Part shown: positions 37,868 through 47,569 of the stretch, in pieces | Numbering within the stretch: position 1 is the first letter of the stretch | Layout: each line of letters opens with the position of its first letter | NCBI GenBank assembly: GCA_965219085.1 | Contig: OZ244720.1 | Span: 160,001 to 224,000, forward strand | DNA: 64,000 nucleotides | DNA from: Dehalococcoidia bacterium | GTDB taxonomy: Bacteria > Chloroflexota > Dehalococcoidia > UBA2979 | Reading direction: 5' to 3' | Notes under the pieces: model-generated | The model's database searches: none | The model's input: the letters and a program-made list of their open reading frames with translations, nothing else | What the model was told of the DNA's origin: nothing | Translations under genes and position numbers: made by a program

Positions 37868-40173
37868 TGGAACGCGCGAGGGCCGAGACGCGCGCGCTGC
37901 TGCCCGCGCTGCCGCTGGTGGCAGCGAGCTTCATCGCGGGGACGGTGGGCGGTGCGCTGCTCGGCGGGCCATGGTGGGCGACGGCCCTCGTCGCCGTGCT
38001 CGCAGCGCTCGTCGCCGCCGCTGTGGCAGGACGGCGCGCCCTCGGCGCGCCGCTGCTGCTGCTCGTCGCCATCGTGGCCGTCGCCGCTGCCGGGCACGCG
38101 CGCGTCGAGGAAGCCGAGTCGCGCCCGCCGCCCCCGCTCGCGAGCCTCGTCGGCATGCACGACGTCGTCGGCGTCGTGCGCTCGGACCCGCGGCTGTCCG
38201 GCACGCTCGCCCGCCTCGACCTGCGCGTCGAGACCATCGACGGCGTCGAGCGCGGCGGCGGGCTGCGGTTGACAATGCCCGCGCCGCGCGAGCCGCTGCG
38301 CGAGGGCGACCGCATCGCGGTGGCCGCGGAGATCGAGCGCGCGCCCCGGTTCGATGACTTCGACTACGCGGCGTTCCTGCGCTCGCGCGGCATCCACGCC
38401 GTCGCCGCCTTCCCCGAGCGGTGGGAGCTGCTCGAACGCGACGCCGGCAACGACATCGCCGACGCGCTGCGCCGTCTGCGCGGCTGGGCGCTCGACAACG
38501 TCGAGCGCGCGCTGCCGGAGCCGGAGGCATCGCTGGCGGCGGGGATGCTGCTGGGTCGCCAGCGCACGATGCCCGCCGGCCTCGAGGAGGACCTGCGGCG
38601 CACGGGCACCACGCACCTGCTCGTCGTGTCCGGGCAGAACGTCGCGCTGCTGCTCGGCACCGCCGTGGCGCTGCTGACGGTCGTGATGTCGAGGCGTCGC
38701 GCGGCGCTGCTTGCCCTCGCACTGCTGCCGGGGTACATCGTGCTCGTCGGGGCCGAGCCGCCGGTGGTGCGGGCGGCGATCATGGCCGTGGGCATCGCCC
38801 TCGCGGCGGTGACGGGGCGGCGCACCCCGGGCTGGATCTACCTCGCGTACGCCCTCGCGATCATGCTCGCGCTCGAGCCGCTGCTCGTGCGCGACGTGGC
38901 GTTCCAGCTGAGCGCCACGGCGACGGCCGGCGTGATGCTGATCGCACCGCCGCTGCGCGACTGGGCCGCCGGCCGCCTCCGCCTGGCGAGCGAGGGCGCG
39001 ACCTCGGCGGTCGTCGAGGCGGGCGCGATCGCCCTCGGGGCGGCGCTCGCGGTGCTGCCGGTGCAGGCCGCGAGCTTCGGCACGGTCTCGCTCGTGCAGG
39101 TGCCCGCGAACGTGATCGTGGCGCCGATCTACGAGGCGACCCTGCTCGTCGCCGTCGCGGCCGCACTGCTCGGCTGGCTCGAGCCTGCGTCAGCGTTCCT
39201 GCACCTCGCCGGCGTGTACGCGCCGGCGGCGTTCGTAGCCGCCGTCGGCGTGCTGGCTGAGCTTCCCGCCGCAGTCGTCGAGGTACGCGCGCCGCTCGCC
39301 GTCGGGGCGACGTGGTACGCCGCGCTGGCGGCAGCCGCATGGGCCCTCGGACGCCGCGAGCCGGCGCAGATCCAGCCGGGCGGCGCACGTTCCGGCTTCG
39401 CCGGCGCGGTCGCGCTCCGCCTGGCAGTCGCCGGGCTATGGGTCGCCGTGCTCACGCCGAGCGACGACCTCGCGAGCGTGACGGTGCTCGATGTGGGGCA
39501 GGGCCAGGCCGTGCTCGTGCGCGACGGCGGTGCGGCGGTGCTGATCGACGCCGGCCCACCCGACGGCGCCGTACTGCGCGCGCTCGCACGCGTGACGGAC
39601 GCCAGGAGCCTCGATGCCGTCGTGCTCAGCCACGACGACGCCGACCACGCGGGCGGGCTGCGCGAACTGGAGCGCCGCCTGCGCGTCGGCGTGGTGCTCG
39701 GCGACGGGATCGCGGGAACCGCGCCGCTCGACATCGGCGACCGCATCCGCCTCACCGAACGCACCTCGATCGAGGTGCTCTCGCCGCCCGTGGTGACGGC
39801 GGGGCGCGCGCACCGCAGCGACAACAATCGCTCGCTGGTGCTGCTCGTGCGTATCGGCGAGGTGCGCGTGCTCGTCCCGGCCGACATCGAGGCGCCCGCC
39901 GAGGAGTGGCTCGTCGGCAGCGGGCTGAGCCTGCGTGCCGACGCGCTGGTGCTGCCGCACCACGGCTCGAAGAGCTCCTCGTCGCCGGCGTTCATCGAGG
40001 CGGTGCGGCCAGGTGTCGCGATCGCATCGGCTGGCGCGGGCAACCGTCACGGCCACCCGCACCCCGATGTGCTCGCTCGCTACGAGGACGTACTGTTGTT
40101 CCGCACCGACGAGCACGGCGACGTGACGCTGCGCTCCGACGGGGTGCGCTTGTGGGTGCGGAGCGCGCGCTGA
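37867..40173 (+). CDS. comEC: ComEC/Rec2 DNA uptake channel
   Basis: [52 protein letters not shown]. Confidence 0.95.
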   Translation: MERARAETRALLPALPLVAASFIAGTVGGALLGGPWWATALVAVLAALVAAAVAGRRALGAPLLLLVAIVAVAAAGHARVEEAESRPPPPLASLVGMHDVVGVVRSDPRLSGTLARLDLRVETIDGVERGGGLRLTMPAPREPLREGDRIAVAAEIERAPRFDDFDYAAFLRSRGIHAVAAFPERWELLERDAGNDIADALRRLRGWALDNVERALPEPEASLAAGMLLGRQRTMPAGLEEDLRRTGTTHLLVVSGQNVALLLGTAVALLTVVMSRRRAALLALALLPGYIVLVGAEPPVVRAAIMAVGIALAAVTGRRTPGWIYLAYALAIMLALEPLLVRDVAFQLSATATAGVMLIAPPLRDWAAGRLRLASEGATSAVVEAGAIALGAALAVLPVQAASFGTVSLVQVPANVIVAPIYEATLLVAVAAALLGWLEPASAFLHLAGVYAPAAFVAAVGVLAELPAAVVEVRAPLAVGATWYAALAAAAWALGRREPAQIQPGGARSGFAGAVALRLAVAGLWVAVLTPSDDLASVTVLDVGQGQAVLVRDGGAAVLIDAGPPDGAVLRALARVTDARSLDAVVLSHDDADHAGGLRELERRLRVGVVLGDGIAGTAPLDIGDRIRLTERTSIEVLSPPVVTAGRAHRSDNNRSLVLLVRIGEVRVLVPADIEAPAEEWLVGSGLSLRADALVLPHHGSKSSSSPAFIEAVRPGVAIASAGAGNRHGHPHPDVLARYEDVLLFRTDEHGDVTLRSDGVRLWVRSAR

Positions 40174-40208
40174 CCTCGTGCTACGGTGATCTGCGGCAGG
40201 GAGGCGCG

Positions 40209-40949
40209 ATGGTTGCACGAGCGCGCGGGCGCGGGATGAACGAGTTGCGGCCGGTCGAGATCGAGGCCGGGACGCTGCGACACGCGGAAGGATCGGCGCT
40301 GATCAGCGCCGGCGACACGCAGGTGCTCTGCGCCGCCAGCGTCGAGGTGGGCGTGCCGCGCTTCCTGCGCGGCACCGGCTCGGGCTGGGTCACTGCCGAG
40401 TACGGCATGCTCCCACGTGCAACCCACACGCGCTCGAACCGCGAGGCCCGGCAGGGCCGCCAGAGCGGCCGCTCGCAGGAGATCCAGCGCCTCATCGGGC
40501 GCTCGCTGCGTGCTGCCATGAACCTCGACGCGCTGGGCGAGCAGACCATCACCGTCGACTGCGACGTGATCCAGGCCGACGGGGGCACGCGCACCGCAGC
40601 TGTCACCGGCGGCTGGGTCGCGCTCGCGATGGCGATCGACTGGCTACAGCGCGGCGGCGCGCTCGCGACCGACCCGCTGCGCACACAGGTCGCCGCGATC
40701 TCGGTCGGCATCAGCGGCGGCGAGGCCCTGCTCGACCTCGACTACACCGAGGACTCGCAGGCCGAGGCCGACTTCAACGTCGTGCAGCTCGGCACCGGCC
40801 AGCTCGTCGAGGTGCAGGGCACGGCCGAGCGCGCCCCCTACTCGCGTCGCGACCTCGATCGCGTGCTGAGCCTCGCCGAGGCGGGCATCCGGCAGCTCAT
40901 CGAGATCCAGCGCGAGGCGATCGGCGAGTGGCGGTCGAGCCAAGCCTAG
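40209..40949 (+). CDS. rph: Ribonuclease PH
   Basis: [56 protein letters not shown]. Confidence 0.96.
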   Translation: MVARARGRGMNELRPVEIEAGTLRHAEGSALISAGDTQVLCAASVEVGVPRFLRGTGSGWVTAEYGMLPRATHTRSNREARQGRQSGRSQEIQRLIGRSLRAAMNLDALGEQTITVDCDVIQADGGTRTAAVTGGWVALAMAIDWLQRGGALATDPLRTQVAAISVGISGGEALLDLDYTEDSQAEADFNVVQLGTGQLVEVQGTAERAPYSRRDLDRVLSLAEAGIRQLIEIQREAIGEWRSSQA

Positions 40950-41012
40950 CAAGCTGCGGCGGCCCCCGGCTCCTCGCTACGATGCCGCCATGAACAGGCT
41001 GACGATGAGTCG

Positions 41013-41540
41013 ATGAACTGGATTGACCTGGCGATCATTCTGATCGTGGCCGGCGCCGGCTACTGGGGATACGTCAACGGGTTCGTGAAGCTGGCGGAGC
41101 CCTCGATCTTCATCGTCGTGGGCGTGGCCATGGCGAGCCACTTCGTCGCTCCATTCGCGAGTGCGGTCATCGCGATCCTGCAGGACCTGGAGGACGGCAG
41201 AGAACCGATCGACGCGATTACCGCACACTCGGCCGGGATCGAGAGGGTCGTTCTCGCCGTCATCGCAGTGGGAGCGCTGTACTTCATCGGCAGATCATTG
41301 CTATCGCGCGTTCCCTACCCCGAGGGGACGAACGAACGGCTGGGGTTGGTATTGGGCGTGCTGAGCGGCGTGCTGCTGCTCTCGGTCATCTTCGGGTTGC
41401 AGGCATACCCGGGCGAATATCGTCCGAGGGTTGAGGGATCCCCGCTGGCGGGGCTGCTGGCCGACAATTTCGAGGCGGTGATTCGCGGAGTGATCGTCCC
41501 CGAGCGCTGGGCTGGGGAGTTGTCGCAACTCCAGCAGTAG
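41013..41540 (+). CDS. CvpA (colicin V production) family membrane protein
   Basis: MNWIDLAIILIV...GYVNGFV, NERLGLVLGVLSG, S-x-L. Confidence 0.75.
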   Translation: MNWIDLAIILIVAGAGYWGYVNGFVKLAEPSIFIVVGVAMASHFVAPFASAVIAILQDLEDGREPIDAITAHSAGIERVVLAVIAVGALYFIGRSLLSRVPYPEGTNERLGLVLGVLSGVLLLSVIFGLQAYPGEYRPRVEGSPLAGLLADNFEAVIRGVIVPERWAGELSQLQQ

Positions 41541-41551
41541 CCCGCGGCGCC

Positions 41552-41911
41552 CTACCAGCCCTTCGGGTTCACGTAGTCGCCGAGGAACGTGCCACCGAGG
41601 ATGTGGATGTGGGCGTGCTCCTGGGACTGCTTCGCGTCCCAACCCAGGTTCGAGGCGAGCCGGTAGCCATTGGGGCAGTGCGCGCGACCGACCTCCGAGG
41701 CGATACGCCCGAGTTTGCCGAGCAGTTCGCCTTCCCACAGGTCGGCCTGGGTCATGTGCTGCTTCGGGCTCGCGAGCAGCATGATCGGGACCCAGCGCAG
41801 CTGGTTGCGGAAGACGATGAAGTTGTCGTCCTCGTAACGGATGTCCGCCGGCGAGCGCTTGGTGATGATCTCGCAGAAAATGCAGTAGCGCTGCTGATCC
41901 ATCGCGGCCAT
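41552..41911 (-). CDS. HIT family protein
   Basis: CIFCEI, PKQH, QSQEHAHIHILGG. Confidence 0.92.
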   Translation of the reverse strand: MAAMDQQRYCIFCEIITKRSPADIRYEDDNFIVFRNQLRWVPIMLLASPKQHMTQADLWEGELLGKLGRIASEVGRAHCPNGYRLASNLGWDAKQSQEHAHIHILGGTFLGDYVNPKGW

Positions 41912-41997
41912 GCGCGCCTTCCCTTGCTCGCGGCCCCGGCGCCGCTGTCGCAGCCTAAACGCACGCCGCCGCAAGCGGCTAGCCGAGGAGCACTCCC

Positions 41998-43275
41998 ATC
42001 GTCACGATCGCCCCGTTCCGCGGCCTTCGCTATGACCCGGCTCGCGTCGACGCGAGCGCCGTGATCGCGCCGCCCTACGACGTCGTCGGAGAGGATGCCG
42101 TCGCCGCCCTGCACGCCAGGTCGCCGTACAACGTCGGGCACGTCGAGTCGCCCCGCGCCGCCGACGGCGGCGACCGCTACGCCCACGCCGCAGCGCTCCT
42201 CGACGCCTGGCAGCGCGAGGGCGTGCTCATCCGCGAGGAGGCCCCTGCGTACTACGTCTACGAGCAGCGCACGGCCATCGGCGGCGAGCGCGTCGCGCGG
42301 CGCTGCTGCTTCGCGCGCATGCAGCTCTCGCCGTTCGAGGACGGCGTGGTGCGCCCGCACGAGCACACGATGTCAGGCCCGAAGGCGGACCGGCTCGCGC
42401 TGCTGCGCGCCACGCGCGTCAACATCAGCCCGCTGCTCGTGATGTACCGCGACGCATCGGGCGCGGCGGCCAGGGTCATCGAGCAGGCGACCACAGGCGA
42501 GCCCGTCTACAGCGCCACCGACGACCGCGGCGACGAGCACCGCCTGTGGATCGTCGACGACCTGGCGGATGTCGACGCGCTGACCGCCGCCGCGGCCGGC
42601 TCGACCGCGACCATGGCCGACGGCCACCACCGCTACGAGACCGCCCTCAACTACCGCGCCGAGCGCGGCGGCCCCGACGGCGGGGACGAGGCCGCCCGCT
42701 GGGTGCTCGCCGGCCTCGTGGCGGAGGACGAGCCCGGGCTCGTCGTGCTGCCGACGCACCGCTTGCTGCCCAACGCGCAGGCCCCCGGCGACTTCGCCGC
42801 CCGCCTCGCCGAGCTCTACGAGGTCGAGGCGGTCGACGGCATCGAGGAGCTGTGGTCGCGGGTGCAGGCGGGAGCGTCGGAGCCCGGCACCTTCGGGCTG
42901 CTCGGCCTCGGCGGCTCGGGCCTGCACCTACTGCGCGCTCGCTCGGCCGGGGCGCTCGACGCGCGCATGCCGGCCGAGTGGTCGCCCGCCTCGCGCTCGC
43001 TCGACGTGCTGATCCTCAACGAGACGATCCTCGGCCCCCTGCTCGGCCTCGATGACGCCGCGTTCACCGCGGGCCGCGTCGAGTTCAGCGAGGACGTCGA
43101 GGAGGCGTGGGAGTGGACCCAGGCCGCGCCCGGGCGGCTCGCGTTCCTCGTCAACTCGACGCGCGTCGACCAGGTCGTCTCGGTCGCCGACGCGGGCGAG
43201 GTGATGCCGCAGAAGTCGACGTTCTTCTACCCGAAGCTCGCTACAGGGATGGTGCTGAACCCGCTCGACGAGTAG
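41998..43275 (+). CDS. DUF1015 family protein (start probably non-canonical ATC)
   Basis: TIAPFRGLRY, APPYDV, PHEHT, ADGHHRYETA, MPQKSTFFYPKL. Confidence 0.9.
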   Translation: MVTIAPFRGLRYDPARVDASAVIAPPYDVVGEDAVAALHARSPYNVGHVESPRAADGGDRYAHAAALLDAWQREGVLIREEAPAYYVYEQRTAIGGERVARRCCFARMQLSPFEDGVVRPHEHTMSGPKADRLALLRATRVNISPLLVMYRDASGAAARVIEQATTGEPVYSATDDRGDEHRLWIVDDLADVDALTAAAAGSTATMADGHHRYETALNYRAERGGPDGGDEAARWVLAGLVAEDEPGLVVLPTHRLLPNAQAPGDFAARLAELYEVEAVDGIEELWSRVQAGASEPGTFGLLGLGGSGLHLLRARSAGALDARMPAEWSPASRSLDVLILNETILGPLLGLDDAAFTAGRVEFSEDVEEAWEWTQAAPGRLAFLVNSTRVDQVVSVADAGEVMPQKSTFFYPKLATGMVLNPLDE

Positions 43276-43284
43276 CGGTCGGCG

Positions 43285-44868
43285 TTACGTCAAGTCGATC
43301 AGTCGCGCTGAGGAAATGTCGTCGATGGCGGCGAGCTGCGCGCGCTCGTCGGCGGTCAGCGCGCGGGTGATGCCGAGCGCCATCAGCGCCCTGCCCTCGA
43401 TGCTCCCGGCGACGGAGGACATGGAATTGACGTTCACGCCCCACTCGCCGAGCAGGCTGCCCACGCGCCCGATCATGCCGGGGCGGTCGACGTTCTCGAT
43501 CGCCAGCACGAAGGGGGCCACGCCGGGCGCGATCTCCACCTCGTAGTCGTCGACGCCGACGATGCGCACGCCCTGCGGCGTGTGCGTGGCGGCGATGCTC
43601 GTCTCCCCCGCGTCGGAGCGCACGTGCACGACAACGAGGTTGGCGTAGGGCTCGCGCGCCATCCCGCGGTCCTCGTCAACGGGGAGGCCGTGCTCCTCCG
43701 CCACCTGATCCGCGTTGACGACCGTGACCTTCGCGACCGATACGGGCTCCAGCACACCGACGATGGCGGCCGCGCGCAGCGGGCCCGTCTCGTGGTTCGC
43801 GATCTCGCCGAGGTACTCGATGCGCATGCCCTGGAGCTGCCCGCCCTCGAGCTGCGAGGCGACGCGGGCGGCGACCTCGACGGCCTCGATGTACGGGCCG
43901 ATCACCATCATCGTCTCGGCGTCGACCGGCGGGGCGTTGACGGCGAACTGCGGCTGGCGGCCGTTCAGCACATCGAGCACCTGCGCGACGGTGTCCACCG
44001 CCGCGCGGTCCTGCGCCTCGGCCGTCGATGCCGCGAGGTGCGGCGTGACGACGATGCGGTCGGAGGTGGTGAGGATGTTCCCGACGGCCGGCTCCTCGCT
44101 GAACACGTCGATGGCCGCGCCCGCCAGGCGGCCGCGGGTGACCGCGTCGTACAGCGCCTGCTCGTCGATGAGCGCGCCGCGGGCGGTGTTGATGAGGTAC
44201 GCCGTCGGCTTCATCAGCCCGAACTGCTCCGCGCTGATCAGGCCGCGCGTACCCTCGTGCAGCGCGGTGTGCAGCGTGACGAAGTCGGACTGCGCCAGCA
44301 GCTCCTCGAGCGTGCACAGCTCGACGCCAATCGAGTTCGCACGCTCCGTCGAGACGAAGGGGTCGTAGGCGACGACGCGCATCTCGAACGCCCGCGCGCG
44401 GATCGCGACTCCGGAGCCGATGCGCCCGAGCCCCACGACACCGAGCGTGCGCCCGGCCAGCTCGACGCCCTGCAGACGGCCGCGCTCCCAGCGCCCGTCG
44501 CGCAGCGAGGAGTCGCCGCGCGTGACGTTGCGCGCGGCGGCGAGCATGAGGGCGAAGGCGTGCTCGGTCGCCGACATCGTGTTCGCGAGCGGCGCGTTGA
44601 CGACGATCACCCCGCGCGCCGTCGCCGCCGCGACATCGATGTTGTCGACGCCCACACCCGCGCGGCCGATGACCTCGAGGCGCGGCGCGGCCTCGATGAC
44701 CCGCGCGGTCACCCGCGTCTGGCTGCGCACGACGAGGCCGGCGATGTCGGCCACGGCCTCGACGAGCTCGTCCTCGGACAGCCCGGCCTGGACGGTGACG
44801 TCGTGGTCTTCGCCGAGCATGGCGACGCCCTGCTCGGCGATCTGGTCGGCGATGAGGATGCGGGCCAT
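43285..44868 (-). CDS. serA: D-3-phosphoglycerate dehydrogenase (with ASB and ACT domains)
   Basis: GRAGVGVDNID, GLGRIG, INTARG, DVFSEEP, TPHLAAST, DRPGMIGRVG. Confidence 0.96.
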   Translation of the reverse strand: MARILIADQIAEQGVAMLGEDHDVTVQAGLSEDELVEAVADIAGLVVRSQTRVTARVIEAAPRLEVIGRAGVGVDNIDVAAATARGVIVVNAPLANTMSATEHAFALMLAAARNVTRGDSSLRDGRWERGRLQGVELAGRTLGVVGLGRIGSGVAIRARAFEMRVVAYDPFVSTERANSIGVELCTLEELLAQSDFVTLHTALHEGTRGLISAEQFGLMKPTAYLINTARGALIDEQALYDAVTRGRLAGAAIDVFSEEPAVGNILTTSDRIVVTPHLAASTAEAQDRAAVDTVAQVLDVLNGRQPQFAVNAPPVDAETMMVIGPYIEAVEVAARVASQLEGGQLQGMRIEYLGEIANHETGPLRAAAIVGVLEPVSVAKVTVVNADQVAEEHGLPVDEDRGMAREPYANLVVVHVRSDAGETSIAATHTPQGVRIVGVDDYEVEIAPGVAPFVLAIENVDRPGMIGRVGSLLGEWGVNVNSMSSVAGSIEGRALMALGITRALTADERAQLAAIDDISSARLIDLT

Positions 44869-44895
44869 CGGTTGTTCGCGCGCGCTTTCTGCGCG

Positions 44896-45993
44896 CTAGC
44901 CGCGCGCGGGCACGGCGTGGCCGAGCCGAGCGAGCGCGCCTTCGATGGCGCCGAGCGCTCCGTTGATGTCCTCGTCCGTGGTGTAGCCGAGGTGGCCGAA
45001 GCGGAAGATCTTGCCGCCCAGGGTGCGCTGGCCGCCGGCGAACACCGTGTCGAACTCCTCGCGCGCGATCTTGCGCAGCTCGTCGGCGGCGACGCCCTCC
45101 GGCGGCAGGATCGAGGTCACGGTGTCGGACCGCACGGACTCCTCGGCGAACAACTCGAGGCCGAGGTCCTGCACGCTGGCGCGCACGCGCGCGGCGGTGG
45201 CGTGGTGGCGCTCCCACACCTGCTCGACGCCCTCCTCGCGGAGCAGCGCGAGCGCGCGATCGAGCTGGTAGAAGATAGAGACGGCCGGGGTCCACGGCGT
45301 CTGGCCGTTGGCGGCGGCGTTCTTCGCGCGGCGCAGATCCAGGTACACGCGCGGCGTGGTGCACTGCTCCTGCACCTCCCACGCACGGTCGCTGACGCTC
45401 ACGAACGAGAGCCCGGGCGGAAGCATCCAGCCCTTCTGCGAGCCGGACACGACCACGTCGAGCCCCCACGCGTCCGTCTCGACCGGGATCGAGGACAGCG
45501 ACGAGATGGCGTCGACGATGAGCAGCCGGTCGCGGCCCTTCACGACGCGCGCGATCTCCTGGAGCGGGTTCGTCGCGCCGGTCGAGGTCTCGTTGTGGGT
45601 GACGAAGACGGTGCGGATGTCGTCGTTCGCGGCCAGCGCCTCGTCGATGGCGTTCGGGTCGGCGCCGGTGCCGTACTCGAAGGCGAGGTGGACGGGGTCA
45701 CCGCCGTAGATGCGGATGAGGTCCAGGAAGCGCTCGCCGAAGACGCCGATGGTGACGACGAGGACGCGCTCCTCCGGGCTGACGTGGTTGACGACCGCTG
45801 ACTCCATGCCGCCCGTTCCCGAGGCGGTGAGGATCGCGACGTGGTTCTGCGTGCGGTAGACCTCCTTGAGGCCCTCCTCGCAGCGCGCGAGCATGGCGGC
45901 GAACTCCGAGCCGCGATGGTTCATCATCGGGGCGGCGCCAGCCTCGGCGACCTCTTGCGGCACGGGGATCGGGCCGGGCGTGCGCAGGTTCAA
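44896..45993 (-). CDS. Class V PLP aminotransferase (alanine-glyoxylate type; probable phosphoserine aminotransferase role)
   Basis: TTG start with GGAGGAG RBS; LRTPGP, HNETSTG, VDAISS, SGSQKG, FRFGHLG. Upstream of serA. Confidence 0.9.
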   Translation of the reverse strand: MNLRTPGPIPVPQEVAEAGAAPMMNHRGSEFAAMLARCEEGLKEVYRTQNHVAILTASGTGGMESAVVNHVSPEERVLVVTIGVFGERFLDLIRIYGGDPVHLAFEYGTGADPNAIDEALAANDDIRTVFVTHNETSTGATNPLQEIARVVKGRDRLLIVDAISSLSSIPVETDAWGLDVVVSGSQKGWMLPPGLSFVSVSDRAWEVQEQCTTPRVYLDLRRAKNAAANGQTPWTPAVSIFYQLDRALALLREEGVEQVWERHHATAARVRASVQDLGLELFAEESVRSDTVTSILPPEGVAADELRKIAREEFDTVFAGGQRTLGGKIFRFGHLGYTTDEDINGALGAIEGALARLGHAVPARG

Positions 45994-46177
45994 CTGCTCC
46001 TCCTGGGCATGGAATGCGCCTGCGGTCGCAGGCAATCCGGATCGTAGGGTGAGCATTTCCGTAGCGTCAATGAATCGGCCCTCGATCCGGGCATCGATCC
46101 GCTGCTCCGACGGGCCACCGCACGCGCGTGCAACCGGCTCGGCTGTCGCGGCCCCTCCCACGTACAATCGACCCACG

Positions 46178-47569
46178 ATGCCGGAAGCGCAAAACCCCTA
46201 CCGCGGCCTGCCCGCCATCGATCGGCTGCTCGCCGACGAGCGGGTAGCGCCGCTCGCCGAGCGCCACGGCCACGACGCGCTCGTGAGCATCAGCCGCGCC
46301 GTCCTCGACGAGTATCGCGCCGAGATCGACCGCGCCGGTGAGGCGCCAGGCCGCCCACCCGCCGAGGCGGTGGCCGAGCGTGCGCGGGCGCTCGAACCCT
46401 CGCTGCGGCGCGTGATCAACGCCACCGGCGTGGTGATCCACACCAACCTCGGCCGCGCCCCGCTTTCGCGCGCGACGATCGAGGCGATGGCCGCGGCGTC
46501 TGAGGGCTACTCGAACCTCGAGTTCGACCTCGACAGCGGGGGGCGGGGCTCGCGGTTCAGCCACCTCTCGGAGCTGCTGTCACGCGTCACCGGCGCGGAG
46601 ACGGGGATCGCGGTCAACAACAACGCGGCGGCGCTGCTGCTGGCGCTCTCGGCGCTATGCGCGGGGCACGAGGTGGTGATCTCGCGCGGGCAGCTCGTTG
46701 AGATCGGCGGCGGGTTCCGCATCCCCGATGTGATGCGCCAGTCCGGCGCGCGCCTCGTCGAGGTCGGCACGACGAACCGCACCTACCTGCGCGACTACGC
46801 CGAGGCGATCACGGAGGAGACGGCGGCGCTGCTGCGCGTGCATGCATCGAACTTCCGCGTCGTCGGCTTTACCGAGGCCGCCCCGCTCGACGGCCTTGCG
46901 GCGCTCGCGCGCGAGCGTGGGCTGCTGCTCATCGACGACCTCGGCAGCGGCGCGCTGCTCGACACGCGCCCGTACGGACTCGCGCCCGAGCCGATGGTGC
47001 AGGAGTCGGTCGCCGCGGGCGCCGACGTGACGCTGTTCTCCGGCGACAAGCTCCTCGGCGGCCCGCAGGCCGGCATCGCCGTCGGCTCGGCCGACGCGAT
47101 CGCGACAATGCAGCGCCACCCGCTGGCGCGCGCGATGCGGCTCGACAAGGCCGCGATCGCCGGCCTCGCCGCCACCCTCGAGCACTACGCGCGCGGCGAG
47201 GCGATCGAGGCGGTCCCGGTGTGGCAGATGATCGCCGCGCCGCTCGACAGCGTGCGCCGCCGCGCCCGCCGCTGGGCGCGCGCCTGCGGTGACGGCGTGG
47301 CCGCCGAGGTCGTCACGGGCCGGTCGATGGTCGGCGGCGGCTCGCTGCCCGGCGAGGGCGTCGAGACGGCGCTGTGCGCGATCGCCGAACCACCCGGCGG
47401 CGCCGACGCGTTCACCACGGCGCTACGCGCCGTCGACCCGCCGATCATCGCGCGCATCGAGCGCGACCGCGTCCTCCTCGACCCACGCACCGTCGAGTCC
47501 TCCGACGACCGCCTCATCGAGGAGGCGCTGCGCGCGGCCTGCGTGCCGGGAGGCCCCGCTGGACGATAA
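46178..47569 (+). CDS. selA: L-seryl-tRNA(Sec) selenium transferase
   Basis: VINATGVVIHTNLGRA, VNNNAAA, SRGQLVEIGG, EVGTTN, DLGSG, FSGDKLLGGPQAG. Confidence 0.96.
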   Translation: MPEAQNPYRGLPAIDRLLADERVAPLAERHGHDALVSISRAVLDEYRAEIDRAGEAPGRPPAEAVAERARALEPSLRRVINATGVVIHTNLGRAPLSRATIEAMAAASEGYSNLEFDLDSGGRGSRFSHLSELLSRVTGAETGIAVNNNAAALLLALSALCAGHEVVISRGQLVEIGGGFRIPDVMRQSGARLVEVGTTNRTYLRDYAEAITEETAALLRVHASNFRVVGFTEAAPLDGLAALARERGLLLIDDLGSGALLDTRPYGLAPEPMVQESVAAGADVTLFSGDKLLGGPQAGIAVGSADAIATMQRHPLARAMRLDKAAIAGLAATLEHYARGEAIEAVPVWQMIAAPLDSVRRRARRWARACGDGVAAEVVTGRSMVGGGSLPGEGVETALCAIAEPPGGADAFTTALRAVDPPIIARIERDRVLLDPRTVESSDDRLIEEALRAACVPGGPAGR

